Shown here: piece by piece, positions 11,535-22,288 of the stretch | How the letters are laid out: each line of letters starts with the position of its first letter | How positions within the stretch are numbered: the first letter of the stretch is position 1 | Source of the DNA: Macrostomum lignano | Lineage: Eukaryota | NCBI GenBank assembly: GCA_002269645.1 | Contig: NIVC01001316.1 | Coordinates: 1 to 64,000 of the forward strand | Direction: 5' to 3' | Length of the DNA stretch: 64,000 nucleotides | The notes under the pieces: generated by a model | Told to the model about the DNA's origin: nothing | Databases searched by the model: none | The model's input: only the letters and a program-made list of their open reading frames with translations | Translations under genes and position numbers: made by a program

Positions 11535-12232
11535 TTCGGCGATCCTGGCGCCAATTTGAGGATCCTGGCGCCAAATTTAGCTTCCGGCGCCAATTCGAGC
11601 TTTCCAGCGCCAATTTGAGCTTTCCAGCGCTAGTTTGAGCTTCCCATGGATAGTTTGGGTCCTCTCGAGCTTATTTCAGCATTTTAGCGCTTATTCCGGG
11701 ATCCTGGCGCCAATTTGAGGATCCTGGCGCCAAATTTAGCTTCCGGCGCCAATTCGAGCTTTCTCGCGCCAATTTGAGCTTTCCAGCGCTAGTTTGGGTC
11801 CTCTCGAGCTGATTTCAGCATTTTGGCGCTGATTCGGCGATCCTGGCGCCAATTTGGGGATCCTGGCGCCAAATTTAGCTTCCGGCGCCAATTCGAGCTT
11901 TCCCGCGCCAATTTGAGCTTTCCAGCGCTAGTTTGAGCTTCCCATGGCTAATTTGGGTCCTCTAGAGCTGATTTCAGCATTTTGGCGCTGATTCCGGGAT
12001 CCTGGCGCCAATTTGAGGATCCTGGCGCCAAATTTAGCTTCCGTCGCCAATTCGAGCTTTCCAGCGCAATTTGAGCTTTCCATCGCTAGTTTGAGCTTCC
12101 CATGGCTAGTTTGGGTCCTCTCGAGCTGATTTCAGCATTTTGGCGCTGATTCGGCGATCCTGGCGCCAATTTGGGGATCCTGGCGCCAAATTTAGCTTCC
12201 GGCGCCGATTCGAGCTTTCCCGCGCCAATTTG
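11535..12232. repeat. ~159-bp tandem repeat (about 4.5 copies) built from ~18-20-bp GGCGCCAATT subunits
   Basis: ATCCTGGCGCCAATTTG starts at 11542, 11701, 11840, 11999 and 12157. Confidence 0.9.
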
Positions 12233-14074
12233 CTACCACATTTCCTCTGGTGACCAGTCTAGTAAGGTGTAATGACAGCCGCAAAATCATTCGCAATGCG
12301 CATAAAACACGATTCTGCCTCTCATATCCTTGTTGCACTACTAGTAGTGCGGTTCAAGCACGCGAAGCAAATTAATTGCTTATTCGCCAAAAATTACAGT
12401 TTGAAGAGAAAAAAGAATAAATTATTCTTCTTAGACAGAGCAGCACTTGGTAAAAGTATTTGGTTTTTTGTCTGCTAAAACATTTACCCAGCGCCAAGGT
12501 GCATGCAGACAAGTAGCTGCTGCAAAAGCCGTCTGTCTGTCTGTTGATCTGTCTGTATGACAAAGCTGTTAAAAGTCCTTTTGCAGTTTTTTACATGCAG
12601 TGTCTGGGTGTCTTGCGCAAAATGAGTGACAGACAGACAGACACTATACTACTAAGGCAGACAGACTATCAACAAGAAAATAAATGCTTATACGTTTACA
12701 TGTATTCGTAAAATAAATAAATATAGATATATATTCCTAATATATATTAGGAAAAAACTTTTTTAATCCCAACTTACATGTATAAAATACAACAGACTGA
12801 CATCTTTTGCATCCTAAATTAAAAGAATGGTAACCTTCATTAACCGAGATCAAATGCTATCGTTTGATTTTGTGATGCAAAAATGACTTTTTTCCTGTCT
12901 CCGCAGTGTAATGTTTTAATGATATTAGCCTCCAAAAATTATAAAATTGCATGGCCAATGTGCTGCTAGAGGTCTTGAGAAAGTGTCTGAATAATTTTAC
13001 TTTACTCTAAAACTGTGTTAAATGCATGACAATTGACAATAACAATAGTATCGCTGCATTCTCATATGAACTTTAGAAATCATAAATTTACGATACATTA
13101 AATAAAAAAGGTTATTAGTTCATGTTGTCAACAGCTACGGAAAACATTAACAAAACTAAACTTACCTTTCGATTTTATAACTTGTTCATGATAGAAGCAG
13201 GAGTGTTTTTTAGTTTTATCACAATACATTTAAAATTAAAGACTTTTGTACCAGAAAAAATGTATCTAAGGTAGCACAACAGTTAAACTTTCAAATATAG
13301 AATCTAATTTTTAAAAAAAAGATACGGTACCGGTACCGGAAGTCGATACGGTACCGGTATATAATTGATCTTCGACTTCAATGACAATAAATATGACAGG
13401 AACTAAATGTGCTTCACCCCAAGTGTTACAAAAGATTACTATGTGTTTAATATTAGCACTGCTAGACTCAAACCGTGCCAAAAGATAAACAAGCCAATAA
13501 AATAGAGACCATGAGTCCATGGCTTCATGAAAGTTACTTTAGGCCTGCAACTGCCACACTAATGGACTGCCACATCGCTAACTTGCAGGCGGTTGAGCTT
13601 ACCCTTCAGACTGCTGCTGATATTAGCAGCAGTGTGAGCTGCGAGCGCGTGCACGCAAGGGGCCTCCCTGTGCATCTTATTTTAGGCTATTGGCTAACCT
13701 AATATCAATTTGGCTTATGAGTGGCTCTCCAATACATTATCGCGAGCTTAATCACTTAAATTCTACAATCCCAAAATGAGCTACTGATTTAAAGTACTAT
13801 GATTACAGACGAAGAAGTTTGGGTGCTAATACGCTCGTACTAAAATTAAAAAAAAATCATTTCCACTGTTTTTTATTTATGTTCGAATAAATAATAATTT
13901 TTACTCTACTTTTCTAATGCGTGTATTTTCATCGCTTAAACCTAACAATCCTCTAATCTTAATAATAATCCTCATTGCCATAATTTAACGTTTGTTCACT
14001 CAAATTCTAATTTCTGCTTTTCTGCATGTTCTGCTTTTTTACACGCACAATATTTACATTAAGATAATATTTTG

Positions 14075-14140
14075 TCTAGCAGGATTCGAACCTCAAACCT
14101 TCCAATTTCGAGTCAGGCCCACCCACTGGCCACTCGACCA
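14075..14140 (-). other. tRNA-derived/SINE-head-like segment with Pol III A and B boxes
   Basis: Minus strand TGGTCGAGTGG ... GGTTCGAATCC at tRNA-like spacing; no complete cloverleaf. Confidence 0.45.
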
Positions 14141-16115
14141 ATTTTTAGCGGTGTCTATTTTTAGCACTCAGAGAATTCCCAGACTTCTCATTCCCGTCCG
14201 CGGGTCCACTCGACCAGCCCACCCTAGCCCACACGGACCAATAGCAGCGTTCCTTGGCATATCTAGCGTACTATCACTGTGCGCACTGTGTGGACTCTCA
14301 AGGACTAGCCTGTGTGGGTGGGTCCACACGTGGACTCACTAGCTAGCCACGTATTTTTTGTGTAGTGGATTGTCTGGCTAGCCCACGGCCGTTAGGTGGA
14401 GGGGCGGTCGCATACCCAAGAGAGACGAGAGAGCGCACAAACCAAGGCTTGGGCAAAGCTGGTTTGCTCAAGTGCAAGCCCACGCAGAGCAACCGCAGAC
14501 GCGGGAGGGCCGGATCTTTCTTACTGGCTCCGCACCTTTACTCCAAGCAGGTCTTCAAGGACGAGTGGAATGGGAAACTCTGTCTCCCCGCTATCTTCTG
14601 ACCGTCCTGCAGATAAGTCAAGTGGGCCAAAGACTACCCACACACCGAGAAACCATCAGAGAAGCAGCAGAGTACGAGCGTACTCGTAAAAAACACCAAG
14701 CGCCATCCACATCATTGTTGGGCGCTGCATTTGCAAAAGCTGCATTAGAGCTTCCGTTAGAACGCGCGCGAAGGCGTATTCAGCATGCCAGTGAAGTATG
14801 AGACAGACCAGGCCTTTGGGCTAAGGTCTGCGATGCTTCACGCCTGCCCCTATCTTTGGCAGGTGAAGGCTGGTGGGAGGTCTGCCACCTCTGGGAGCCG
14901 CAGACCCCCCCCCCCACGCTGTCTCGCAAGTCGACCCAGGGTACTCGTCCCCGCGTGTCTTCAAGGCAGAACCTAGGGCTGCTGGACAGACTGGGCTCCG
15001 GCGCTGGCGACCATATCCAGTGGCTTCGGCCGAATTCGGGTATGCGGGTCTGGCTCGCCAACCTGCAGGCCATGGTACTGCTCAACGTACTCTCTAATGC
15101 CTAAGGTGTTGCCTAAGGCTGGAAGGCCGGGGAGTAGTCCGGTCGCAAGCGATCCCCCTCCTGGTGTCGGGCCAGCCTTGAGGGTTCTATTGGCCTACTG
15201 CCCGGTCAGGTCGAGCGGCCGGGTGGGTACCGCGCGCCTTTGAGGGTAGCCCACCCAGTGGCGTACTCAGGATTTAGTTTTGGGGGGGGGGGGGCCGCAA
15301 TCCTTAGGGGCGCCAATGTTGGGTGTCTTGTGGGGGCGCCATTTGCCAATGTTGCGTGCTTAAAATTTAAATCATGAATATTGAACAATTTGAGCACTTT
15401 TGTATTTCGACTTGTACTTATTTATTAGAAAATAACTATTATGCTTAATTTGTTTATTGGACTTTATGTATGATCACGTAGGAACAACCGCGAAATTGGC
15501 ATTCAAGGCATCAATCAGAATCGATTCAAATGCGCGCAAAAGTTAAGTACAAAAACTAAACTCACATGCAAATATAGACAACATTTTGTACTTGACAGAT
15601 TAAAAAAACTCATAGCATGGGAAAGTAGTTTTACGATGTGAGAAATTTTCATTAAATTTGAGCATGAAAAGTTTCAGAGTAATGAGAAAGGTATGAAACA
15701 TTCGCCGAATTTTGCACAGACACTTCTATAGAAACTTTTTAAAGAAACGTAAATAAATGTCCAAATATAATAGGCAACTCCTGAGAACACTGCACATATA
15801 CTTTTATCGTCCATGCTTGCAGATTTTTTAAAGCAGTTTTCATTGAATAAAATGATCTAGAAGCCTCGCAAAATGACAAAAAACTTGTTTTACTACACCC
15901 AGTCACCCGTTATTTCTTGGAAATCAACTAAGTATATAACAAGTATCTGTGGAAGTAATAAATAAGCTTATTTGAACAGCTTGCTAAAATTTCAATACAC
16001 AGAATACGCAAAGCAGGAAAATGTCAATACATGGGATACGGTAAATGGCACCTACTACAATAGTATATGACGGCTCGTACTCGTAGGATCGCAAATTAAA
16101 TCAATAGCTATCACT

Positions 16116-19100
16116 TCAAAGTAAAAGTTCTATCCGTCTGGGCTGCGACGCGAACCTTTGAAGAACTTCTTCAGGAGTTGGGCAAGCGCTACGGTGGCAT
16201 TGGAGCAGCAGAATCGATTGCAGGCGATCCTCTCCCATTGTGCTGCGCTCAACAGTTAAAGTCCTTTTTAGCTTGGAAAAAACTCTCTCTGGCTCACACG
16301 TTGAGACTGGAAGAGTAGCCAGGATCATGAGTAGTCGCTGAATGTTTGGAAATTTATGCACGCTACAAGTCTTTAGTGCATCAAGTGCTGACCCAGGACG
16401 GTCTCGCGTCGACACTGCTGCCCACTGTCGACGCCATAGCAGGTACTCTTGCTTCACCACTGAAGGTGGGTCTGTAAGTTGGCAGTTGTACTTCAGCACA
16501 GCTTCCTGCACTTTACTCCATTGCTCCTCCATGTCAACAAGCTTTTCGTGAAAAAACTTTGGTATCAGAAGCGTCAAGTTGAAGGCACGCTTTTGTGGAG
16601 CATCAAATCGCAGTTTGATATCTGATATGATTGCTGCTACTGCCGGATAGAAAACCGTTTCTCTGTAATGCTGCTCAGCTGTTACCGACACCGGTTGCCG
16701 GGATCTTGTAGTTGCAAATGCAAAATGTTCTCGTGCAGAGCGAATTCTTGGCGGCCTTACTTCGATATCAAATTCTGCAGCGAGCTGTTCAACTTTAGAG
16801 AATACTTCTCTAAATCGCACCTCACTTTGAAGCTCTTCCAGTTCAGCCAGGACATGATGAACATCTGCTAAAGCTTCTACCAGTTCGCTGCTAGATGATT
16901 GCAGTCTTCGGGAAACAGGCAGCAGAAGAATGGCCAAGGTTTCAAGGACAATCATCCCAACAATAAAGTCCAAATTCAAAATAGCTGAATGGTGGCAAGC
17001 TGCAGAGCGAGCAGCATCGGTTCCTGGCCAGGAGCTGATTTCTTCTAAGGCTTGTTCAATGAAAGGAAATAGCAATCGAAAGGTGACGACAGCGGTGTGG
17101 CGCTCCAAAAATCGAGTTTCACACAAACTAATGAGATGCCGCTTTGCCGTTTCAACTTCGTGATCATTTGATTGTATTAGACGTTTGAGCAAAGTAGTCC
17201 TTTTGCTGCTTGACTTGAAGCCTGCTACAACCTCTTGAATGACTCCCATGGAATTTCTGATGATCTGGACCTTAATGGCATTTGCTGCGCTTAAATTCAA
17301 CCAGTGAGCCATACAATGAAAGTAGTCCGCTTGAGGGGCCTCTTTGCGGATAAAAGCAGCAACACCAATTCTCTCACTCGCCATGGCAGCGGCACCATCG
17401 TAGCATTGTGCTACGCACTGATTCAAATCAAGTCCAAGAGTGCGTAGGCGCCTGACAATTGCGGATGAATTATTCGCACCACTGAGTCGCAAATTCTCCC
17501 ATCCATCACAATTCTCAGCTATATCAGCAACAACATCTAGCATTGCAACTGGCTCTTCGAATTGCTGAAAAGCACCATCTTCAGTTTGTTCTACAAATCG
17601 AACAACGATGACCAGCTGCTCCCTCTTCTGTACATCCATCGTTTCATCGACAATCAGTGCCCAGAACATAGCATTCCTAACTCGAGCGACAATTCTTTCT
17701 TGAATAAGTTGCAACGCGACATCCAAAGTTTCATTCTGAATTCGAGGAGAAAAATATGTCGCGTTTAACGATGCTTGTCTAGCATGTGCTCCCAAGACAC
17801 TGTCCCCAGCTCGAATACGAAATCGTAAAAGCGCTCGGAAATCTCCATCATTGACTTTTGGCTCTTCTGCCTCTTGAGAATTGTCTGATTCTGGGAATAA
17901 AGGCTGATTTTCTCCGCGGTGCCCACGCAAACTGAGATTTTGTCTTGCGCATGTCAGCACTGTGTCAATCACTGATATAAGAATTTCCCTGTTTTTTCTG
18001 ATTTGCTGTTGACGCGTCTTCTCAATTTGGGAGCGAATGTCGTTGGTTTCTTCTCCAAATAATGTGCGCTTCTCAAACTCCTTCATTTTTTCTACATTTG
18101 CTAGATGAAAAGCGGTCTTCTCGTGACAACTAAGGTGTCCACTCTTGCCAGTGAGTTCGTCAAAACGCTGTAGTGGCTTCATAACTAATACGCCAGGCAT
18201 TTGTCCACCCCCATGAGAGCGCCCTCCCACTCCAGCCGCTGATGAAAATAATACACATGGGGTGCAAAATACGCCTTCAAGTCCAGAGACTCGGCTCACA
18301 GACAGCCAGGGAAACTCTTCAAGATGACTGGGCATAATTTTTCGTTTTCTCTGACGTCCTTGACATCGATGCATTGAAAATGGAAAATGCTCTTGCTTTT
18401 TCGGCACCCACGGTTTAAAAAACTTTCGTCGAATTTCGATATTAATTGAACTTAGTTTAACAGCAAGACCGATGTCATTTTCAGCGACAAAGTGCTGTGA
18501 CTGAATTCTGTCTTCAATGATAAGAGCTGAGCCACAAAGTGAAGCTGTGCTTACATTAGAGAAGAGAGCGCTTGGAGCTGAAGCGGCTGGATTGTCTGGG
18601 GCGCCGCCGACGTCAAGGGCGGCAGCTGAAGCGGCTGGATTGTCTGGGGCGCCGCCGACGTCAAGGGCGGCAGCTGAAGCGGCTGGATTGTCTGGGGCGC
18701 CTCCGACGTCAAGGGCGGGAGCTGAAGCGGCTGGATTGTCTGGGGCGCCGCCGACGTCAAGGGCGGCAGCTGAAGCGGTTGGATTGTCTGGGGCGCCGCC
18801 GATGTCAAGGGCGGCAGCTGAAGCGGCTGGATTGTCTGGGGCGCCGCCGATGTCAAGGGTGGCAGCTGAAGCGGCTGGATTGTCTGGGGCGCCGCCGACG
18901 TCAAGGGCAGCAGCTGAAGCGGCTGGATTGTCTGGGGCGCCGCCGACGTCAAGGGCGGCAGCTGAAGCGGCTGGATTGTCTGGGGCGCCGCCGACGTCAA
19001 GGGCGGCAGCTGAAGCGGCTGGATTGTCTGGGGCGCCGCCGACGTCAAGGGCGGCAGCTGAAGCGGCTGGATTGTCTGGGGCGCCGCCGACGTCAAGGGC

Positions 19101-19346
19101 AGCAGCTGAAGCGGCTGGATTGTCTGGGGCGCCGCCGATGTCAAAGGCGGCAGCTGAAGCGGTTGGATTGTCTGGGGCGCCGCCGATGTCAAGGGCGGCA
19201 GCTGAAGCGGTTGGATTGTCTTGCTCGCAGAGGGCGGTGCTTGAAGCAGCTGTGATGGCTTGTGTAGCCTTGTCGCCTTTATCCTCTGAACGACTTGAAA
19301 AATACTGTCGGATCTGGGCGCTCTCCTTTGCGCTGTCTTTGAGCAA
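16116..19346 (-). CDS. hAT transposase (ZMYM1/THAP12-like type: TTF zinc finger, DDE, C-terminal dimerisation domain)
   Basis: WLSVSR...GVFCTPCVLF, ARQNLSLRGH, LIVDETMDV, QCYDGAAAM, HCMAHWLNL, CETRF, PVSTCEPERVFSKLKR. The track start is TTG and the frame is open ~30 codons further upstream with no ATG, so the 5' end is probably spliced. Confidence 0.92.
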   Translation of the reverse strand: MLKDSAKESAQIRQYFSSRSEDKGDKATQAITAASSTALCEQDNPTASAAALDIGGAPDNPTASAAAFDIGGAPDNPAASAAALDVGGAPDNPAASAAALDVGGAPDNPAASAAALDVGGAPDNPAASAAALDVGGAPDNPAASAAALDVGGAPDNPAASAATLDIGGAPDNPAASAAALDIGGAPDNPTASAAALDVGGAPDNPAASAPALDVGGAPDNPAASAAALDVGGAPDNPAASAAALDVGGAPDNPAASAPSALFSNVSTASLCGSALIIEDRIQSQHFVAENDIGLAVKLSSINIEIRRKFFKPWVPKKQEHFPFSMHRCQGRQRKRKIMPSHLEEFPWLSVSRVSGLEGVFCTPCVLFSSAAGVGGRSHGGGQMPGVLVMKPLQRFDELTGKSGHLSCHEKTAFHLANVEKMKEFEKRTLFGEETNDIRSQIEKTRQQQIRKNREILISVIDTVLTCARQNLSLRGHRGENQPLFPESDNSQEAEEPKVNDGDFRALLRFRIRAGDSVLGAHARQASLNATYFSPRIQNETLDVALQLIQERIVARVRNAMFWALIVDETMDVQKREQLVIVVRFVEQTEDGAFQQFEEPVAMLDVVADIAENCDGWENLRLSGANNSSAIVRRLRTLGLDLNQCVAQCYDGAAAMASERIGVAAFIRKEAPQADYFHCMAHWLNLSAANAIKVQIIRNSMGVIQEVVAGFKSSSKRTTLLKRLIQSNDHEVETAKRHLISLCETRFLERHTAVVTFRLLFPFIEQALEEISSWPGTDAARSAACHHSAILNLDFIVGMIVLETLAILLLPVSRRLQSSSSELVEALADVHHVLAELEELQSEVRFREVFSKVEQLAAEFDIEVRPPRIRSAREHFAFATTRSRQPVSVTAEQHYRETVFYPAVAAIISDIKLRFDAPQKRAFNLTLLIPKFFHEKLVDMEEQWSKVQEAVLKYNCQLTDPPSVVKQEYLLWRRQWAAVSTRDRPGSALDALKTCSVHKFPNIQRLLMILATLPVSTCEPERVFSKLKRTLTVERSTMGEDRLQSILLLQCHRSACPTPEEVLQRFASQPRRIELLL
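18575..19220. repeat. In-frame 48-bp repeat x ~13.4 encoding DNPAASAAALDVGGAP
   Basis: Period of 48 nt (18577, 18625 ... 19201) within the transposase N-terminus. Confidence 0.95.
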
Positions 19347-20743
19347 TCGAGCACGTTTATTTCTTCTACCTTCAGCTCCAGATAATTTTCTTTTTGTCGA
19401 GATGAATCCGTCCAGAGTCCCGACTACGCTCTCAAATGCATTCTCGATTCGATAGGTTTAATTGGATTAATGCGTTTTGTTTTTTAAAGCATATTTGCTT
19501 GGTTTTGCTTTGCATAAGGAATATTCCGTGAATGAGTCAAACACAGACGCTTTTATTTACAAGTAAGCGTACGTTCATCATAGTACTTTCTTTCTACGTA
19601 CTTTCAAGCGTAGCTCTTAGGGCTTAGGGCGTTGGGGGGGGGGCAGGCAGTCCTTGTTTTGCCTCCTCTCTCTCAACTCAACCCCGCGCGATCGATAATG
19701 GACGGGAGACGGTTTGCTTCATGTGGTGAGGGTATGCACACGATTTTAATGTACAGCGGAGAGCTTTTTAGCTAACATGTTTATCAGTAGAGATTAGAGA
19801 ATGGGTTGATTAAATTCAGTGGAGAGTTGTCTATTTGCCAAACTTATTCAATTGATGTTAGAAAAATGTGTACATTCTGACTGACGCCAAGTACAAGCAT
19901 GCATATAGAAAGCGAGAATTGAACAGCTAGTTATTTGCAAAGTTCTTAAAAATTGAGTTATTTCTGCTTAATAGAATGAAGAATTTTCAGTAAATGATTA
20001 GAATCTACATTTAGTATAGGTAGATTTTCAAACTGATGAGTCATATCTTCATGATATTTGTTTCATTTATACGCACTTATTACAAAAACAAAATTAATTA
20101 TCTCTTGGTGGGGCGTGGGCGCCTGTCGTTTGGTGGGTGGGCACCCTGTATCTTACGGTGCGCCCTTGTCTCTTAAATGGGCGTCCGTGTCCCTTAGGTG
20201 GGCGCCCCTATCATTCATCGAGCTTATACCCCATCGTTTCGTTGTTAGAGGGGCGCAATTTTTGTGGGGGCACAATTTTTTAAGGAGAAATTTTTGTGGG
20301 GGCTCAATTTTTTTAAGGGGCAATTTTTGTGGGGGCGCAATTTTTGTGTGGCCGCAATTTTTGTGTGGCCGCAATTTTTGTGCGGGGGATCGATGGGCGG
20401 CGGGAGCTTACGGCACCGGGGGCACGTTTACCGCACGGGCGGTAATTTTTAGTGCTTTTTCTGATATTTAGGCCCTAATTATTAGCAGCTTATATAAAGG
20501 TACCTGTGCTGTGCCCCCCTTGCCCTGTGCCCAGTGCCCCCCTAAAATATTAGGCTCTGCCACTCCCTGGGGAGGGGGCAATTTTAGTGGAACTGTGGGG
20601 GCGCAATTTTTGTCAGGGGGGGCAATTTTTGTGAGGGCGCAATTTTAGTGGGGGGCGTAATTTTTTTGGCGGGCGATTAGGGGGGGGGCCGCGGCCCCCC
20701 CGGCCCCCCCTGCGTACGCCACTGAGCCCACCAACCTTTTATC

Positions 20744-22249
20744 ATGGCCTTCGAGCCGTCTATGGATAATCAAGCTATTTCTAGGGACGGGGACCCTTCT
20801 AAACCCCAACCTCAGTCCGAAGGACCGGCCGGCCCTGCTGGCAGATCCCAACCGACTGATTCAACTGTGGCAAAGGAAGGACCGGCTGGCTCTGCTGGCA
20901 GATCCGACCAGAGCTACCAAACTCAAAATACCCAAAGACCTGCCAGCTCCGCTGGTGGATCTAAGGGAACCGCGAGCTCTGAGCCTAAAGGACCGGCCAA
21001 ATCTGGCAGATCCGATGAAGCTCAGCGGGCTCGGCTTGAGCGCAAACGCGCTAAACAACGCGCCAAAAGGCAGGCCAAGAAGGGAGCTGCGGGGCCAAAG
21101 CGGCGGCGTCCACCATGGATGCTGAAGCGACTGGAGTCCCAAGGCAACCAGGCGGGCCGGCCGGTGGAAGCTCCAGTAGTTCAGCGGCGGCGCTCCCTGG
21201 AGCTGCTGCCGCGGCTGCTGAGGCCGAAACCACGGCGCAACAAATGGCCACTGCCAACAAGGAGGTTCCTTCGGGAGCTACCTTTGCGGCGAAGGCCAAG
21301 GCCAAAATCCCGGGAGTGATCATCCAAGGTCGCGACCAGGACTGGACCACTGATCAGCTTCAAAAAGTGTGGAGTGCTGTTGACTCCTATCTGATTGAGC
21401 TGACTGTCGAGGAGGGAATCTCCATCGGCATTGAGCGGATGGTGCTGCGAAGCACATTCGTTCTTATTGCTCCTAGCAGCGAGGAGGACGCTCGGCAGCT
21501 GCTCCAGCGGCTGCCGACGGTCTCCTTGGATGCTGATCTTGGCGGAGCTCTTTTTCTTCGCGAGGGCCAGCGTCCAAAGACGATACCCTATGTGGTTTTC
21601 GTCCCTGCTAAGAGCACCGCAGCTGGACCAGACGTTATCCGCCGGGTCCTACTGCGTCTGAACCCCGACCTCCCTGCTAGTGGACTGGTGTATCACCGCC
21701 GAGTCCGCAGGGGGGAGACGGGCAACTCAATTGTCCTCGGCCTTTCCAGCACTTGGGCGAGTCGGTACCCTAATGGATCCTCTTTCCAGCTGGGTGCCCT
21801 CAAGCTCAAGATGCGCCGAGGAAAGTCTGCCAAAGGGAAGGCTACTGCCAACCCCGGCATCTCCGGCAAGAGCGGGGCGCAGTCTAAGGCCCAAGGAAAG
21901 GCGCAAGCCGATCCCAAAGCCAAAGCTGCGTCTCGCCCCTCTGCTAGCAGCAGTTCGGCGACCACGGTAACGGCTCCGGCCAAGCCCCGGGAACCAAACC
22001 TGCCAGTCGGAGAAGGAGTTGAGGACGAGGCCGGGTCTTCGGAATCCGAGCTCTCCTCGGCCACCCTGGTGGGGTCTGAAGGCAGAGATGCAGATGAGGA
22101 AGCTTCCTCCATCCTGTCGTCGGAGCCTGAGGACTCTGCTGGGGGGGGCCGTTGGGGGTGAGGAGGCCATGGACGTCGACCAACTCCCATCTCCCAGTCA
22201 AGCCCCAGCGGCCTGGGACGAGGACGATCTGTTGTCCAAGTCTCCTTGA
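20744..22249 (+). CDS. LINE ORF1 (DUF4780-like RRM-type core), two frameshifts in G runs (~21090, ~22145)
   Basis: Frames join MAFEPS...KQRAKRQAKK / AAASTMDAE...VVFVPAK...VIRRVLLRLNPDL...FQLGALKL / EEAMDVD...SKSP*. Confidence 0.7.
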
Positions 22250-22288
22250 TGGCCCTGGGCTCTAGCCAGACACTGCATTTAATACAGT

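Larger units (their letters stand above)
11230..14383. mobile_element. Putative non-autonomous DNA transposon with 41-bp TIRs, superfamily not assigned
   Basis: GGCTAGCCGGGCAGTCCACTAAACAAAAAATACGCGGCTAG at 11230-11270 matches the reverse complement of 14343-14383 at 36/41. CA flanks both ends, GTGGAC/GTCCAC-rich subterminal motifs are present, and there is no long ORF. Confidence 0.65.
15256..20724 (-). mobile_element. hAT DNA transposon, 5469 bp, potentially autonomous
   Basis: TIRs CAGTGGCGTA / TACGCCACTG; 8-bp TSD AGCCCACC at 15248-15255 and 20725-20732; GGGGCGCAATTTT subterminal repeats at ~20250-20680; long transposase ORF. Confidence 0.93.

Noticed and set aside
11246-14367. CACTA/EnSpm element bounded by CACTA...TAGTG
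   Set aside because: The flanks GTC/GAT give no TSD, and the inverted match extends 16 bp further out.
14980-15050. HDV-like ribozyme in the LINE 5' UTR
   Set aside because: P1, P2 and P4 candidates exist, but L3 is too short and P1.1 is missing. It is kept only as a general structured-UTR finding.
18517-19455. Three overlapping 227-312-aa ORFs
   Set aside because: Alternate-frame readings of the 48-bp repeat; only the frame continuous with the transposase is credible.
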